Positions 1 to 11,947 of a DNA stretch of 64,000 bases are shown in pieces. Location: contig CM074805.1 in assembly GCA_037447605.1 (NCBI GenBank), positions 3,691,361 through 3,755,360 of the forward strand. The letters are read 5' to 3'. Position 1 is the stretch's first letter; each line of letters starts with the position of its first letter. The translations under genes were made by a program, and so were the position numbers. The DNA is from Zygnema circumcarinatum SAG 698-1b. Lineage: Eukaryota > Plantae > Zygnematophyceae. The notes below the pieces were generated by a model. That model was not told where the DNA came from, searched no databases, and saw only the letters and a program-made list of their open reading frames with translations.

Positions 1-29
1 AAAGAAGCTTCAGTAATGTTCACTCTCAG

Positions 30-953
30 GAGAAGACAAAAGCTGCGCCTATGTTACCTGGTAAGTGACAAGGCTGCCTGGAATCCCCTCGAGTCTCTAA
101 GGGTGGCTGTTCAATTGCAGCCGTAGTTAGATGAGGATCAGCACTTATGCTTGCTTGGCCCGAGTTCGAAATGACGAAGAACGGAGAAGTCTTACTTTTC
201 GAATTCCCTTTTCGCACGCTCTTTTCCTGCCTCAGATGCACGTGTCCCAGCTAACTCAAACGGCAGCGCGGAGCCTTCTCTCAGTCATCCTGAAAAAAAG
301 TAAGATACGTATCCAGCATTTCGTTCTGTCAAGCTTTAAATGCTGGTGGTGACGTGTCTCATGTTGCATTTTCTCAGAGACTTGTCCATGCTAACCTCAA
401 GCATGTAGAAAACATATATATATGTTTTGCTTTAAAAAAACTGAGAATTTGCAAGTACTGTCAACGATGGCATGCTCGTCAACAATGAAATAGTAATGCT
501 ATTAAGTTGAATGAATTTCATAGTTGTGCATTTGAGATAGCTCGGGTCTGACGAACTCGCTGTGCGTTTCCAGAGAAAGCGTAGTAACTAGTAACGATCC
601 TATCCGAAAGCGAAGGGAGAACCGATTTTGGTCCCGAGAAGAGGAGGCAGCTCTAAGAGTGCGCCCTTCCTTTCCTGAGACCTTTTACAGCTCGGGATTT
701 TTTCGGTTACCGTTGCATGATACACTCGCCTATCAGGCATGGCTACTACTATTTCGAGCATCCCGTGTTGCAGAGATCAGACAATAACCTAATCTATCCT
801 TTTCTGTGTGATCTTTCATCCTTCCAGGATGGAGTCACGCAGTATGGGACATGTTGGCGTGACATTTTGGAAAGCGCAAGGGATAAATTCAACGATCAAC
901 GCACTGCAGTGGACTTGAAAGACAAGTGGCGGAATCTCATGAAGAAGCGCTGA
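30..953 (+). CDS. Telobox Myb/SANT (TRF-like telomere-repeat-binding) protein, 3' part; gene starts upstream of the window
   Basis: Phase-consistent GT-AG exons 30-60, 236-299, 574-658, 828-953 give ...KRRENRFWSREEEAALR|DGVTQYGTCWRDILESARDKFNDQRTAVDLKDKWRNLMKKR*. LKDKWRN is the telobox signature. Confidence 0.85.
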
Positions 954-1643
954 GTTCCAACCGGTACGACAACAACCATACGTGGGGCTGTGTGAATTCA
1001 TGCTCGACAGATATAGCAGCTTTGGCATGCCCATCATTCACATTAAACGCCACTGTTGCTCGCTCTATCTACTATTTTTGGTGCCACCATACAAAAACCG
1101 TAGAATATTACATTTCCGTTCCAAAACCGCAGATTCCAACTCTATCATGCCAATCACGAAAGTAGGTCAGATGGTTCAAGGTCAAGACTCTCACAAACAT
1201 CATCATCACTTCGCTCACTTCATTGGAAATCTTCAGAAAACGCTAATTATTGCCCAAAAGAATTTTGTTGAATGATACAAAAATCTCAATTTGTTTGACA
1301 CTTGTATTGACGCCAACGCTGCATGCCTACAACCCTGTTTGACCGTTCGGCCATGCCAAGTCCTCGCTACAAAATTGCTTTTGCATTTGCAATACCCCTA
1401 TCTAGTTTTCCTCAGAACCTCTTCAAGGGCATACGCCAAATGAATGGTTGTCCAATTCCCGTGGTGCTGCGCACCGTCCCTAACAGCGGGAGGCGCACAC
1501 CTCTCGAAAGCTGCAGTTACGTTACCTTTTTTATTCTATACTCGAGCTCTTTCCTCATTTGAGGCCGTTTTGTGAGAAACCTCATCCATAAAATGCACAG
1601 AGAAAGGAAAGCCCGAGGCAAAAAAACAGAGCTGCTTGAAAAC

Positions 1644-4402
1644 TCAGCTGCTGGCCACTCCTTGCTGCTGCTCACTCGTCCTCCTCTGCCTCTCCTTCCT
1701 TGTGGGAAAGATGTACAGAGCGTCGTAGTCGTGACTGGGAAGGGCCGCCTGGTACTCAAACTTGTAGTTGTCCACCGCCATGCGGACCACCTCTTCCCGA
1801 GGGGGGTAGTGGAGGCTTTTGCGAGCTTCCCTGTCCAGAGATACGGTTCAGGCAATGAGTCGTACCGTCTGCACGTCGTCACCTCAAAAAGGAGGACGAA
1901 AATTCCCCCAAAAAGAAGGAAAAGAAAAACGAGCCCCAGGGAGAGGACCATTGAGAACCTACAAGGAAGCACCTGTGGCTTACCTCATAAAGAAGGCGGT
2001 GACGGCTGTTGACACTTCTACAGCTCGGGTTGAATGAGGCACGTTCAGAGCACTAAAGAATTCGAACGGCGGCTTTTCGGGATGCCATTGGGTCGCAGTG
2101 ATGGGGTAGTTGTACGCCGCCATGGTTGAGACGTACTCCTGCATTCCAATAGCCATGCATCACACGCTCCGTTCTACTGGCCACACACCAATTCAACTGA
2201 AACTGGAACGCAATTTCGTGTTCGGTTCAGTCCAGAGTGGCGCTTTCTAGGTGATCTTCACCTTCCCTTGTCGATCTGCAGAAGTTGTGAGCACTTCGAA
2301 GAACTCCTCGAGCTTGCTGTTGGCCGCCACGAGCCCCGGGATCAGCCCATACTGCACCCGCCATAATGTCAATTTTCCCATACACCCGTGAATTGCCTAA
2401 CATCACTGAACAGAATTTCCTGAAGTGAATTTTGACGTTTCTACCAAGCCCTAATCTCCTTTGTTTTGCTCAAGGCTGCAATTGCCGCCAGCAAGGCAGT
2501 AAGTGCGCCCTACCGCATGATTCTCCGCAGTGATTTTGTACGTGGTGAGGTATTCCACCAAGGTCCGAGGCATGCGCTCAAAGAGGGACTTGTTCATCGC
2601 TGCCGTGGAAGCGAACTTGAGGGTTGAGGCGTAGCCCATCGAGTTCGTCTCCTCCACCAGTGCGCTCTTCGGCTCCTGCCATCCCCAGCAGCCGCTCTCC
2701 AGTGTCTCTTTAGGGTTGGGAAAGTTGAGACTCAGGAATGAGCCCATGCAGCACTTGCGATCCTATTTCCCTTCCTCCCCCTCCACTCCCTCTGCTTTTG
2801 AACCATACAGTTCAGAGGGTAAGGTAACAATCTGAAGGGCGGCTTACTTTGCAGATTATTGTGGCAAGAAGCTGGAGCCCCAAACACGTCCCATGGACGG
2901 GGAAGTAGTCCCCTTTATCGTTTGCCTTCATAGCCATCTGCGGAGGGCCCAGGCATTCATTCAGCCAAGCTCAGAAGAAAGCCGAATACTTTACCACTCA
3001 TCCAAAGAGCGATTTTCTCTTTAAGTCTTAGAAAAGCTGAATGGGAGGTCGGCTTACAAGTTCACCATAAAAGCAGATTTTTCCTTATTTTTTTATGGAG
3101 GATAAGCCGGTCGCATGTAAACCACTCACATGGAGGAGCTTTTCGGCATTTTTGTAGTAGTAATTGAACCGGCTGAGGCTTGTGAAGCCGCCAGTGAAGA
3201 CAAGCATATTGATGGATTCGAAGGCCTGTTTAATCTCCGGTGTATGCGCCCCACAACATACAGAATAGAAAGAGCTAAATTACATATGAAACGGAAAGCC
3301 GCCAGGCATAACTCTGTAAAGCTGTTTCAGTATCTGAATTGGAGGCGGAGCTTTGCTGACATGCCTGGCTTGCCGACAATGAGACAAGATGAAGGTAGAT
3401 CGTGAAAGTGAAAAACAGAGGAAACCAGGCGAGTGAAGCCAGCCGTCTTCTGTCGGTCTATTTCGTGACTTGACGTTTACCAACAAAGAGATGACTAGCT
3501 TTGGCGCAAGTACCTACATTATATTATGCATCATATGAAGCTTCCTTTGCTGCTCTTAATTGTTTAAACATTTGCTAACAAGGGAAGAATTGACAGGATA
3601 CTGATCATGATATCATGAAAGTTGCAATTTCTCAGACCGTATGCGAAACAACGACAATTCCTTCTCTTTGCCCTTCAATCCACTTCAACCTGCTGTGCGT
3701 ATTCCTGCTCGAGTCATCACTTAATCAACTTTATATCTTCAAACAGTGCATAAACACCATTTAAACGCTGCAAAGCTTTAGCTTGATTCAAGTCAGATTG
3801 CTCACCTTCTTCAATTCAGCGTCTGTAGAATCGTAGAAGACAGGAACAACGAGCGCTCCACCTGCTTGAAAGAGGCGTACATACGATGCAGGGATCATGG
3901 AGCCCTTGGCGGGAGGCTTGGGAGAGACCGTTGTGGCTTTAGGATGCACTCCTGGCCCGTAGTAAGGATGAGTATATATTCCAACAACAGGCCGGCGATT
4001 TTCGCGACTTGTTGAACGGAAACCCGCAGTCTTGGCTGCGCTTTCAGACGCTTCTTCAGCGCGCTCATTGCTTTTAGCAGGCTTGCTTTCATCATTTTTG
4101 GGCTCTGTCCCCGCAGAGTCTTCCAGAAATTCAGCTTCTGATGGGTCTAGAGGCTCCACCTCGCTTCCCGGAGGCTGCCGAAGCTCTAAGCTTTCTGTCT
4201 CCCCTAAAGAATCACTGCTAGCGGGCATATCTTTGCTTTTCCCGTGACGCAATATCCTGAAGTTGGATTCCAAGACATTGTCCTTGGCGCGACCTGCTTC
4301 CATGGATTCCAGGCTCCTGGAGGAAAGCCTCGGAGTGATGCAAAGGATAATAAGCCCAAATAATGCCACGTGGGAAATACCCCATACTCCCCTGTAGGCC
4401 AT
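1644..4402 (-). CDS. GGH: Gamma-glutamyl hydrolase (folylpolyglutamate hydrolase, peptidase C26), with signal peptide
   Basis: About 7 exons: RRPVVGIYTHP...SMIPASYVRLFQAGGALVVPV | SINMLVFTGG | ANDKGDYFPVHGTCLGLQ (catalytic Cys) | ENHA | FFEVLTTSADRQGK | YPITATQWHPEKPPFEF (catalytic His) | EARKSLHYPP...YIF; stop at 1644-1646. Confidence 0.93.
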
Positions 4403-4404
4403 GC

Positions 4405-4565
4405 TCTCCCTCCCCTGCCCCCCCTCTCCCTCTCCCTCTCCCTCTCTCTCCCTCTCCCTCTCCCTCTCCCTCTCCCTCNNNNNNNNNNCCCTCTCCCTCT
4501 CCCTCTCCCTCTCTCTCCCTCTCCCTCTCCCTCTCCCTCTCCCTCCTCCCCCCTCCCCCCTCCCG
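4405..4565. repeat. (CTCTCC)n-type pyrimidine microsatellite upstream of GGH, containing an assembly gap
   Basis: Direct reading; Ns at 4479-4488. Confidence 0.9.
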
Positions 4566-4617
4566 CAATCGCCGAATTGGGCGATGGGATTGATGATGCG
4601 GCCAGGAGGTACTGGCA

Positions 4618-4772
4618 ATGCCACGTCAGCCATCGTGGCGTATGCAGATTGGCCAAATGCCAACCGTGACAGCCAACGTGGCACGTCGGTGGCTGCCATT
4701 GTCGGCGCGCATGGCGACAAACGCTTTTGCGGCGCCGACAATTCGAGGCACGAGCAGGCGCCACGTGGCAGG
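4618..4772. promoter_or_regulatory. G-box/ABRE-like cluster in the GGH/RUS1 bidirectional promoter
   Basis: GCCACGTCAG (~4620), CAACGTGGCACGTCGG (~4674), GCCACGTGGCA (~4760) between divergent start codons. Confidence 0.5.
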
Positions 4773-5143
4773 CAGACTCTACAGTACCATTGCAAAAATT
4801 TGAGCCAGATCCAATTCAACCAAGGCAAAGATTTTTTCTGGCTTTTTGTTGAATTGTTTAAATTTCCTCTTACCTGACTGGCTAGAGAGATTTTTTGTAT
4901 TTTTCCATCTGCAAATTATAGTACGAATTATAGAATTGGGAGTCCAGAAATTGTAGGTAGTCGTTCCATGTCGCAGTTTGACAAGAACGCAGTGTTCCGG
5001 GTTCCATGCTGTTAGGGTTTGCAGGGTCCCTTCCCTGTCTGTCCCATCTCCAAGAGTCGGCCGAGCTCTATCCATGGCGGACGCCGGAAGCTCGTGGGCG
5101 TCGCCTTGATCTTGGGAAGCTCGCGCTCTCACAGGCGGCAGAC

Positions 5144-8100
5144 ATGGCAGCTGGCTGCTTCGGTTGCAATGCTGTACGGGAAGCTGCTGTATTGTTAGAC
5201 TATGGCGGATATGCGAAAGAGCGAGGGTATATGTGTCGTTTTAGGGTTTCGAGCCATGGCTCTGCGTCTTTTTCTTTCATGAAGGAGGAGAGCTATTGTT
5301 GGAGGAGGAGGAGGAGGTGGACTAAAGTTAAAGGAAGCTGTGCGAAACGGGAAAATGCTGGGGCGGGCTACTGCTTATTTGAAAATTTGACTACACAGCA
5401 GCCAGGTCCAACAGAGTACAGAGCTGGAGGAGCTGGAAAATTCGAATCTGGGCAGGATTCACGGGTTCTTCTTAAGAATTTATCTAATATTTTTCATGGT
5501 TTTGAAAAGGATGGGGAGGACAGTAGAGGAATTAGGCTCTCAGGCTTTGATGCGCGAGCAAGGGGAGGTGGGAGTAGCGGCTCAGGAGGAAGAGGACGAG
5601 GCGGAGGCGGAGGCGGAGGAGGAGGGGAGGGGGGAGGGGAAGGTTTTGGAAGAGGAGAACCTTTTGACGATTCAGAAGCTTTTGGTACATTATGGGTTAT
5701 GTCGTTCTGGCTGTGGTGTAGCCGTGTACGAAACAGCATTGCTACAACGATTGTCAAAATTTTGCTAAGAAATTTGCGAGATAAGACAATTCCGTTTAGT
5801 CACCTAACGAGGATGGAAGTTTTGCAAGGAATCTCGACAGCTGGAATCGCCGCTTCCTTGATTTTCTCTTGCCATCTCGCAAGCTCTCCAACTGCAGAAG
5901 CCCTTACTGGGAGCCTTTTAAGGCAGAGGAGAGTGAGTGGGCAAGCAGAAGCCAGGGAAGAAACGAGAGAAAATACACTCAGTGACGTTAAAAGGGACGG
6001 TGAAGAAAAAAACAAGAGAACCGGGGATCTTGCAGGTTCGACAGCAGATATTGCGATCGATCGCGCTGAGGGAACTATTTGGGAAGTGAGTCGTAATAGA
6101 TGGAAGCGGTACGCACCTTCATTTAGCGAGGATGTATTCCTGCTTGAGGCTGAAGGTCAGGGATATATTTCTCCTGGACAGTCTGAATGTAGAGCAGACA
6201 ATAATTCTGGCATAGGTAGCGCTTCAGAGCAGAAAGTCTTCAGCTTGGAACGATGGTCTTATGGAGATTTAAAGAGCAGGATGCAGCATGCAGCCAGCAC
6301 GGTGAAGGATATATTGAAGCAAGTGCTGCTTCCTGAAGGCTTCCCCGGAAGTGTGACGGAAGATTATTTAGAGTATACCGTATGGAGAATGGCTCAAACG
6401 GTGGTTAGCGAAGCGAATAAAGTTCTTACCACACAAGTGAGTTGGGGGTTAGAGGTTGGCCTGAAGATATAGGGAAGGGTCTGCCAGAAATTTAAAAAAA
6501 TGCATGATTTGAGGTCAGGGATCAAGGTATCAATTTGTGCATGCACAAGGAGCCCTTGTAAACTCCGTTGTATTGTGGTAAACGGGATTTTCAAATGAGA
6601 AAGTAGCAAATTGTTGAGCAACACGATGAATATCTTCAAACCTTATTCAAACCATTGATTGTGGCACGTGCAAAAGTCTCATATGCGGTGGGGTTGACGG
6701 CCGCTAATTGAATACCATAGTGTACTTGCTTTTAGTTTACAAGATATTGGATTTTGGCTTAGTAGTAACTTCTACGAATATCACAGCCATTGCATAACGC
6801 CCCAACGCGGAGGTCCATAGGACATAAGACAGACAGGATCGCTTCTGGTCAGCACAACGTTGCTATGCATCAAATCCCCCAATGCCAAACTCCATTCCCA
6901 AGTGATAATCTCACTTGCATTATCTGCGTGCCCCTTCCAGGCTTTGCTGTATGCTGTGGGCCTCGGTAAGGGCGCAATCCCCACTGCTGCCGCAGTCAGC
7001 TGGGTGCTCAAGGACGGTGTAGGGTACTTGAGCAAAATTGCTCTGTCAAAGTATGGCCGCCATTTTGATGTCAGCCCGAAAGGATGGCGTCTGTTAGCTG
7101 ACATCATCGAAGATGCAGCATGTGCTTTGGAGCTCCTCACTCCCACCTTTCCTCAGCTTTTCGTCTACCTCGGGTCTGCTGCTGGGGCGGGCTATTCTGC
7201 AGCTGGGCTGATACAGGTAAGGCGTGCAGTCAAGTCAAAAACCTATATCTCGAGAGGAAAGATGTGTAATTGGCGTAAATAAATGACCTCAAAAGCGACT
7301 TAGAAAGCCATTGTCCAATTGTAGCTTTTGCCAGTGCTGAAGTAGTTAACGATTGACACTGCGAATCTGTGTGATTTGGAAGTGTGTGTTTTCAACATTT
7401 GCAACTGAATCAATAAGTTTGGGGTTTGGTCTGGTAGGCAGCAACGAGGAGCTGCTTCTATGCCGGCTTCGCTGCACAACGAAATTTTGCCGAGGTCAGG
7501 TGCAATTGCAAAGAACCCAATTCCTTACAACCGGTTCCTGCAGCGATGCCGTTCATGGCCGTACAACTAATTTACTAGTGAAAAACAGTGGCCTTGGCCT
7601 GTAGCCGTGGCTGCAATAAGACTTACATGCTTCACAAATGCGGAACTCAGACTGATTAGATCTCAAAGCTATACTGCTTCTTCTGCGTGAGCAGCAAAAC
7701 AACCTCCTGGAAACAACCTCTTCCCTATGCATGCTTGCCCCTTAAGGCGGACCTGTTCAAATGTTCGGAATGCAGGTCATCGCGAAGGGCGAGGCTCAGG
7801 GCATGGCCAGCAAGTCGCTGGGCCTAGCGGTGGGCATCCTGCTGTCCATGAGAGTAGGGCCACGTGGGCTGCTGCTGGGAGGGACATATGGTGCTCTGAC
7901 AGCGTGCCACCTGTACTGCAATTTGCGCTCCTATCAGGCAGTGCAGCTGCGCACTCTCAATCCCTATCGCGCCGGTACTGTTCGTTTGTGAGCCAACTTG
8001 ACTTCCTTTTTGTTGTTTTCGGAGTAAGGGGAAGAATTTTTCTTTTTCTTGTAGTTGCTCCCTTTCCCAGTGCATGCCTTCTCCTGTCTGAAAGTTCTTC

Positions 8101-9695
8101 GCCTCCTCTCTTTTTTAGTTCATCTCTTAATTCTGGTCACTCTGCATCTTTCCCTCCCGCGACTTTTAATCATCTCCTCTCCCTTTCTCCCTGTCTCCCC
8201 GCCACCTCCTCTTCACTTTTTGTAATCGTCTCCAACTGTGCCCCACCGATCTCCTGAGTTTCTGCTTCGTCTTTCTCCCTTGTCGTTTCTCTTGTTCTTC
8301 TCTCAACCCTTCTCCCCCTTCGCCTGCCTCCTGCTTGCCCTGTCTTCTTGCACCTCCTTCCTCACTCGTTTGAGCTCCTCTTGCAGAGCTTGTGATCCTT
8401 GCAAACTGCTCAAGCCTTTTCTCCCTTCCCCATTCGCACCTTTTCTTACCATGGCATACGTGACACCCGCCGCCTCTTTTTGCCGCTGCTCCATATGAAT
8501 CTAACGATATGTTACATTACATGGTATATCGTGCATGTCTGGGGATGCAGCATTGGTGCTGGCAGAGTATTTACAGAGTGGGCGTGTCCCCAGTGTGCGT
8601 GAAGTGAATGCGGAGGAGCCCCTCTTTGACTCCTTCCCGCTGCCCTTTCTGCAGCGGAAAGCTTTCCCAGTGAGTGAAGCCTCTCCCACCTTCTAGCTAC
8701 ACCGTCTCTCACAATTCGTGTCGAAATAAAAAATAGAGTATAAAGGTAAAACTTGAGTTTTTATAGTTCTCGAATCCGCCGGAGTGATAGGATGAAGGTC
8801 CCAAATGCCTGCCCCTGTTTATTGGGGTTGTCTATTCATACAGGGGGGAGCAGGGACATGAATAAAACTCTATGAATACTGAATAAGGATGTAGGATCTT
8901 AGGGATGCCTCCTGGATGCTCAATAATGGTTCCTGGATTTGGGTTCCCGTTGTATGACTTCTATGCTCTGTGATGGCTTGTGGAGTTTGATTTTCAGCCT
9001 GTGGCAGGGAAGAAGCTTTCCAAGAAGGTGAAGGCGACGGCGGCAGAACTGCGCGAATGGATCGTGTTGGGAGCACCTGCAAGTGCGGCTGCACGAACTG
9101 CAGAAGACGCAATTGCTCTGAAAGAGCTCTACAGAGATGAGGAGTACATCCTGTCCACACAGGGCGGTAGAGCCCAGGTGGGTCTCAAAAACACTCGCCC
9201 ATTTCCTCCTCTCGTCTCCCTCTCTTCTATCGTCTGTACGAGTGAACTTTGGTGAACTTTTGTTTTGTTTTTTTTTTTTTTTTTTTTTAGTTTGTTGAAT
9301 CCTCTCTCCTCTCTTTCCTCCTCTCCCAGATCGTTCTGAAAGAGGGAGCGACTCCAAGGGCCCTGCTCCGCGCCACTGTGCAGGCGGCATACCTCCTGCA
9401 CCTTCAGACGCAGGTGGAGGTGGTGAAGGGCGGCGCCGTGCAGGAGTGCGGGAAGGGCGGCGCGCTGCGCGTCTCGCGGGACTTTGTGCGGAGTCAGTTT
9501 GAGGCCGTCTGCCACGCGCTGCGGAGTGAGGGCTGGGGGGCGGAGGAGGGCCTCGTGGCCCGCCCGGGGGGGTGGAGGCTGCGGGACATGGGGCTCCGGG
9601 GAGGGAGGGGGGAGAGAGAGCCTGTGGAAGGGATGAGGGAGAGAGAGAGGGAGAGGGTGAGGGAGGTGGAGGGGGAGAGGGAGAGTCGCGTGTAG
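5144..9695 (+). CDS. RUS1: ROOT UVB SENSITIVE 1-like (DUF647) protein, probably plastid-targeted
   Basis: Exons ~5144-6436, 6941-7216, 7438-7494, 7776-7974, 8551-~8670, 8998-9177, 9330-9695. Motifs [77 protein letters not shown]|[19 protein letters not shown]. Start codon uncertain. Confidence 0.92.
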
Positions 9696-10584
9696 GGCAA
9701 CTCCGTCGTTGGTTGAATGGACTACAAAGAGAGAGAGAGTGGGGGAGAGGGGGAGAGGGGGGCGAGGGGGGCGAGGGAGGCGAGGGGGGCGAGGGGGCGG
9801 GAGAGGGAGAGGGAGGCATGTGACCCCCGGGCTCCACTCAGAGTAAAAGTACTCAGAAGCAGAGTCGCTTTGGAAGCTGAAATCTTTTTGGCTGTTCGTT
9901 CACATAACAAATAAGTGGAAGTCAGGAAGGAGATAGCGGCGTGACTGATGCAACGACATGTTGGACGGTGCACACGGGAATTCGACATTTGTGGCAAGGA
10001 TGGTGAGGAGGCCAAACGGCTGTCCCGGTTCTCTCTTTGGGCTTTTATTCATGTTGCAATTGCTGCATGTTATTCCGGACTACTACCCGGCTGAGAGTGA
10101 CTGTCTGAAGCTTGTCCCGACAAACACTTTCCCTCCCCGAGGACGGCAATGCTCATCTCATCCGCCTGTGGTCTCTTTCACTAAAAGAAGCACATTGTTC
10201 GTCTACTGAGGAGGGGCAGCTTTATATGACCACCCACCCCGAATCTCGCTTAAGCCTAAGCCCTCCTGAAGTTGAAAGTTGGATGAACCAGGGACTGATC
10301 CCTCAACAAAAAAGCGTGCGCACGCAGTCCTTGAACTGTCCCCCACCGTACACGGTACGGCTCTCCTATCCAGCTCCCCCGTACAAAACGAGGAGAATTC
10401 TCCCGGCGTCACTAAGAAAGCCAAAATCTGCCATAAACTACACTTCCCTAAAAAAAGCAGCAAACTGCACACTCTCGCTCACATACTCCCTCTCGCCCGC
10501 CGCCCTTCCGTCCAACCATGAACCCATTGAACGAGTTTACCCTTTCAAGCTTCCCTCCCTCCCCTCTCCTCTCTACGCCCTCTC

Positions 10585-11078
10585 CTACAGCAAGTCGTCC
10601 GCCTCGATCTGCACGAGCATCCATGGCGCCATGAGCTCGGCGACCTGCACCATGGTGGACGCGGGCCGGATGCGCGCGCCAGCCGCTCTCCATGTCCGTC
10701 AGGGACAACCGCGTCCCCCAGCGACGCGCCCGCGTGTCGCCAAGGATGCGCAAAATCTGCTCCACCTGCATCCCGAGTGGCCACCGCGAGGAGGAGGTTG
10801 AAGGAGGCGAGGGCCGCGAGGCGAGAGGGAGAAGGGGAGGGAGAGAGAGAGAGAGAGAGAGAAAAATAAAGAACGAGAGAGGGAAAGGAGAGAGAGAGAG
10901 AGAGAGAGCGAGAGAGGGGACGGGGAGGGGACGGGGAGGGGAGGGGAGGGGAGGGGAGGTTGACCTGCTGGTAGGCGTCCCCTTCCCCCCCGTGGTCCCC
11001 GCAAGGCGTGGCGGCAACGTGCGGGCCCACCCGGGCGGGTACTCGTACAGAGACTTCACCGGATCGAGCCCGGGCCAT
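10585..11078 (-). pseudogene. Degenerate paralog of the neighbouring Rid (YjgF/YER057c/UK114) gene
   Basis: Exon 1 (11078-10965) MARARSG...ARVGPHV...GDHGGEGDAYQQ| has its intron at the same position as the intact copy (GGHVGEGDAYLQ|). Exon 2 (10765-10585) ...TRLSLTDMESGWRAH then, after a frameshift, IRPASTMVQVAELMAPWMLVQIEADDLL*, versus LPATSMVQVAKLISPWMLVEVEADAIVL* in the intact gene. Internal deletions are present. Confidence 0.8.
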
Positions 11079-11089
11079 ATCACTCCCAA

Positions 11090-11420
11090 TTCATCTCCCT
11101 CTCCATCCACCTCTCTCTCTTCCGGTTCTTCTCCCTCTCTCCTTCCCCTACCTCCGCTTCCTTCACCCTCATTTTCTATCCCGGCCGCTCTCGCCTTTCA
11201 CTACTTCCACACCTTCTCTCCCTCTCTATTGGCCCCGCTCCCCCTTCTCGTCTTCTCCCTTTCTCTCTCTCCCTCTTTTTTTTTTTCTCCCTCTCGAATT
11301 CTCTTTCTCCCTCTCTTTTTTTCCTCTCTGCCTCTCGTTTTTTCCTCTCTCCCTCTCTTTTTTTCCTCTCTCCCTCTCTCTCCCTCCCTCTCCCCTTCAC
11401 CTCCCTCGCCCCCCCCGCCT
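11090..11420. repeat. CT-rich low-complexity tract
   Basis: Direct reading; GA-rich counterparts at 9600-9820 and 10820-10960. Confidence 0.8.
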
Positions 11421-11424
11421 GCAG

Positions 11425-11900
11425 TTGCCACGTGTCGCGCCGCGGGGGGGGGGGTGTGTGCGAACCGTAGGAGCCGCTTTTGGTCGGTGCAGCCAATGGG
11501 GCCACACCGACAGAAGTGCGAGATCCCCAGCTGGACCCACCTCGAGATTGACCAGCCAATGACCGTGCTACACGTGGTTAAGTCAATGCTGACATGGCAC
11601 TTCCTTTAAAAGTAGCACCTGACGTGGCAGCACGAGGTTCAAGTCCGAAAGCCGACGCGCGAGCGTACGAACAGGTCTCTCTGGCCGTATGATCGGTCGG
11701 CGGATAAGCTGCGGCCGTTGGACGGATCTCAGTGAATGTCGGTGCCGTACACCTCTTACGCGTCCGTGTGCGTCCGTACATAAACGGAAGGGCGGCGCTC
11801 CCCCCTGTATATGACGCCATGATGCGTCATTCGGGTTTGCTGGATGACGACATTTGGGTTTTCTGGGTGGCGTCATTTGGCTTTGCTGGATGACGCACGC
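11425..11900. promoter_or_regulatory. Bidirectional promoter of the Rid pair with G-box/ABRE, CCAAT, TGACG and CGTAC motifs
   Basis: GCCACGTGTC (~11427), CCAAT (~11493, ~11556), ACACGTGG (~11570), TGACGTGGC (~11620), CGTAC (~11664, ~11746, ~11775), several TGACG/CGTCA. Confidence 0.5.
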
Positions 11901-11947
11901 ACTGGCGCAGGCGCCTGAGTGTCGGAGGGGGCGGGGGGGCGGTCGCC

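Noticed and set aside
4204-4877. Long ORFs with RE/GE/SP/LS repeats (also 8920-9837, 10692-11609, 33865-34372)
   Set aside because: They are translations of GA/CT microsatellites, not protein domains.
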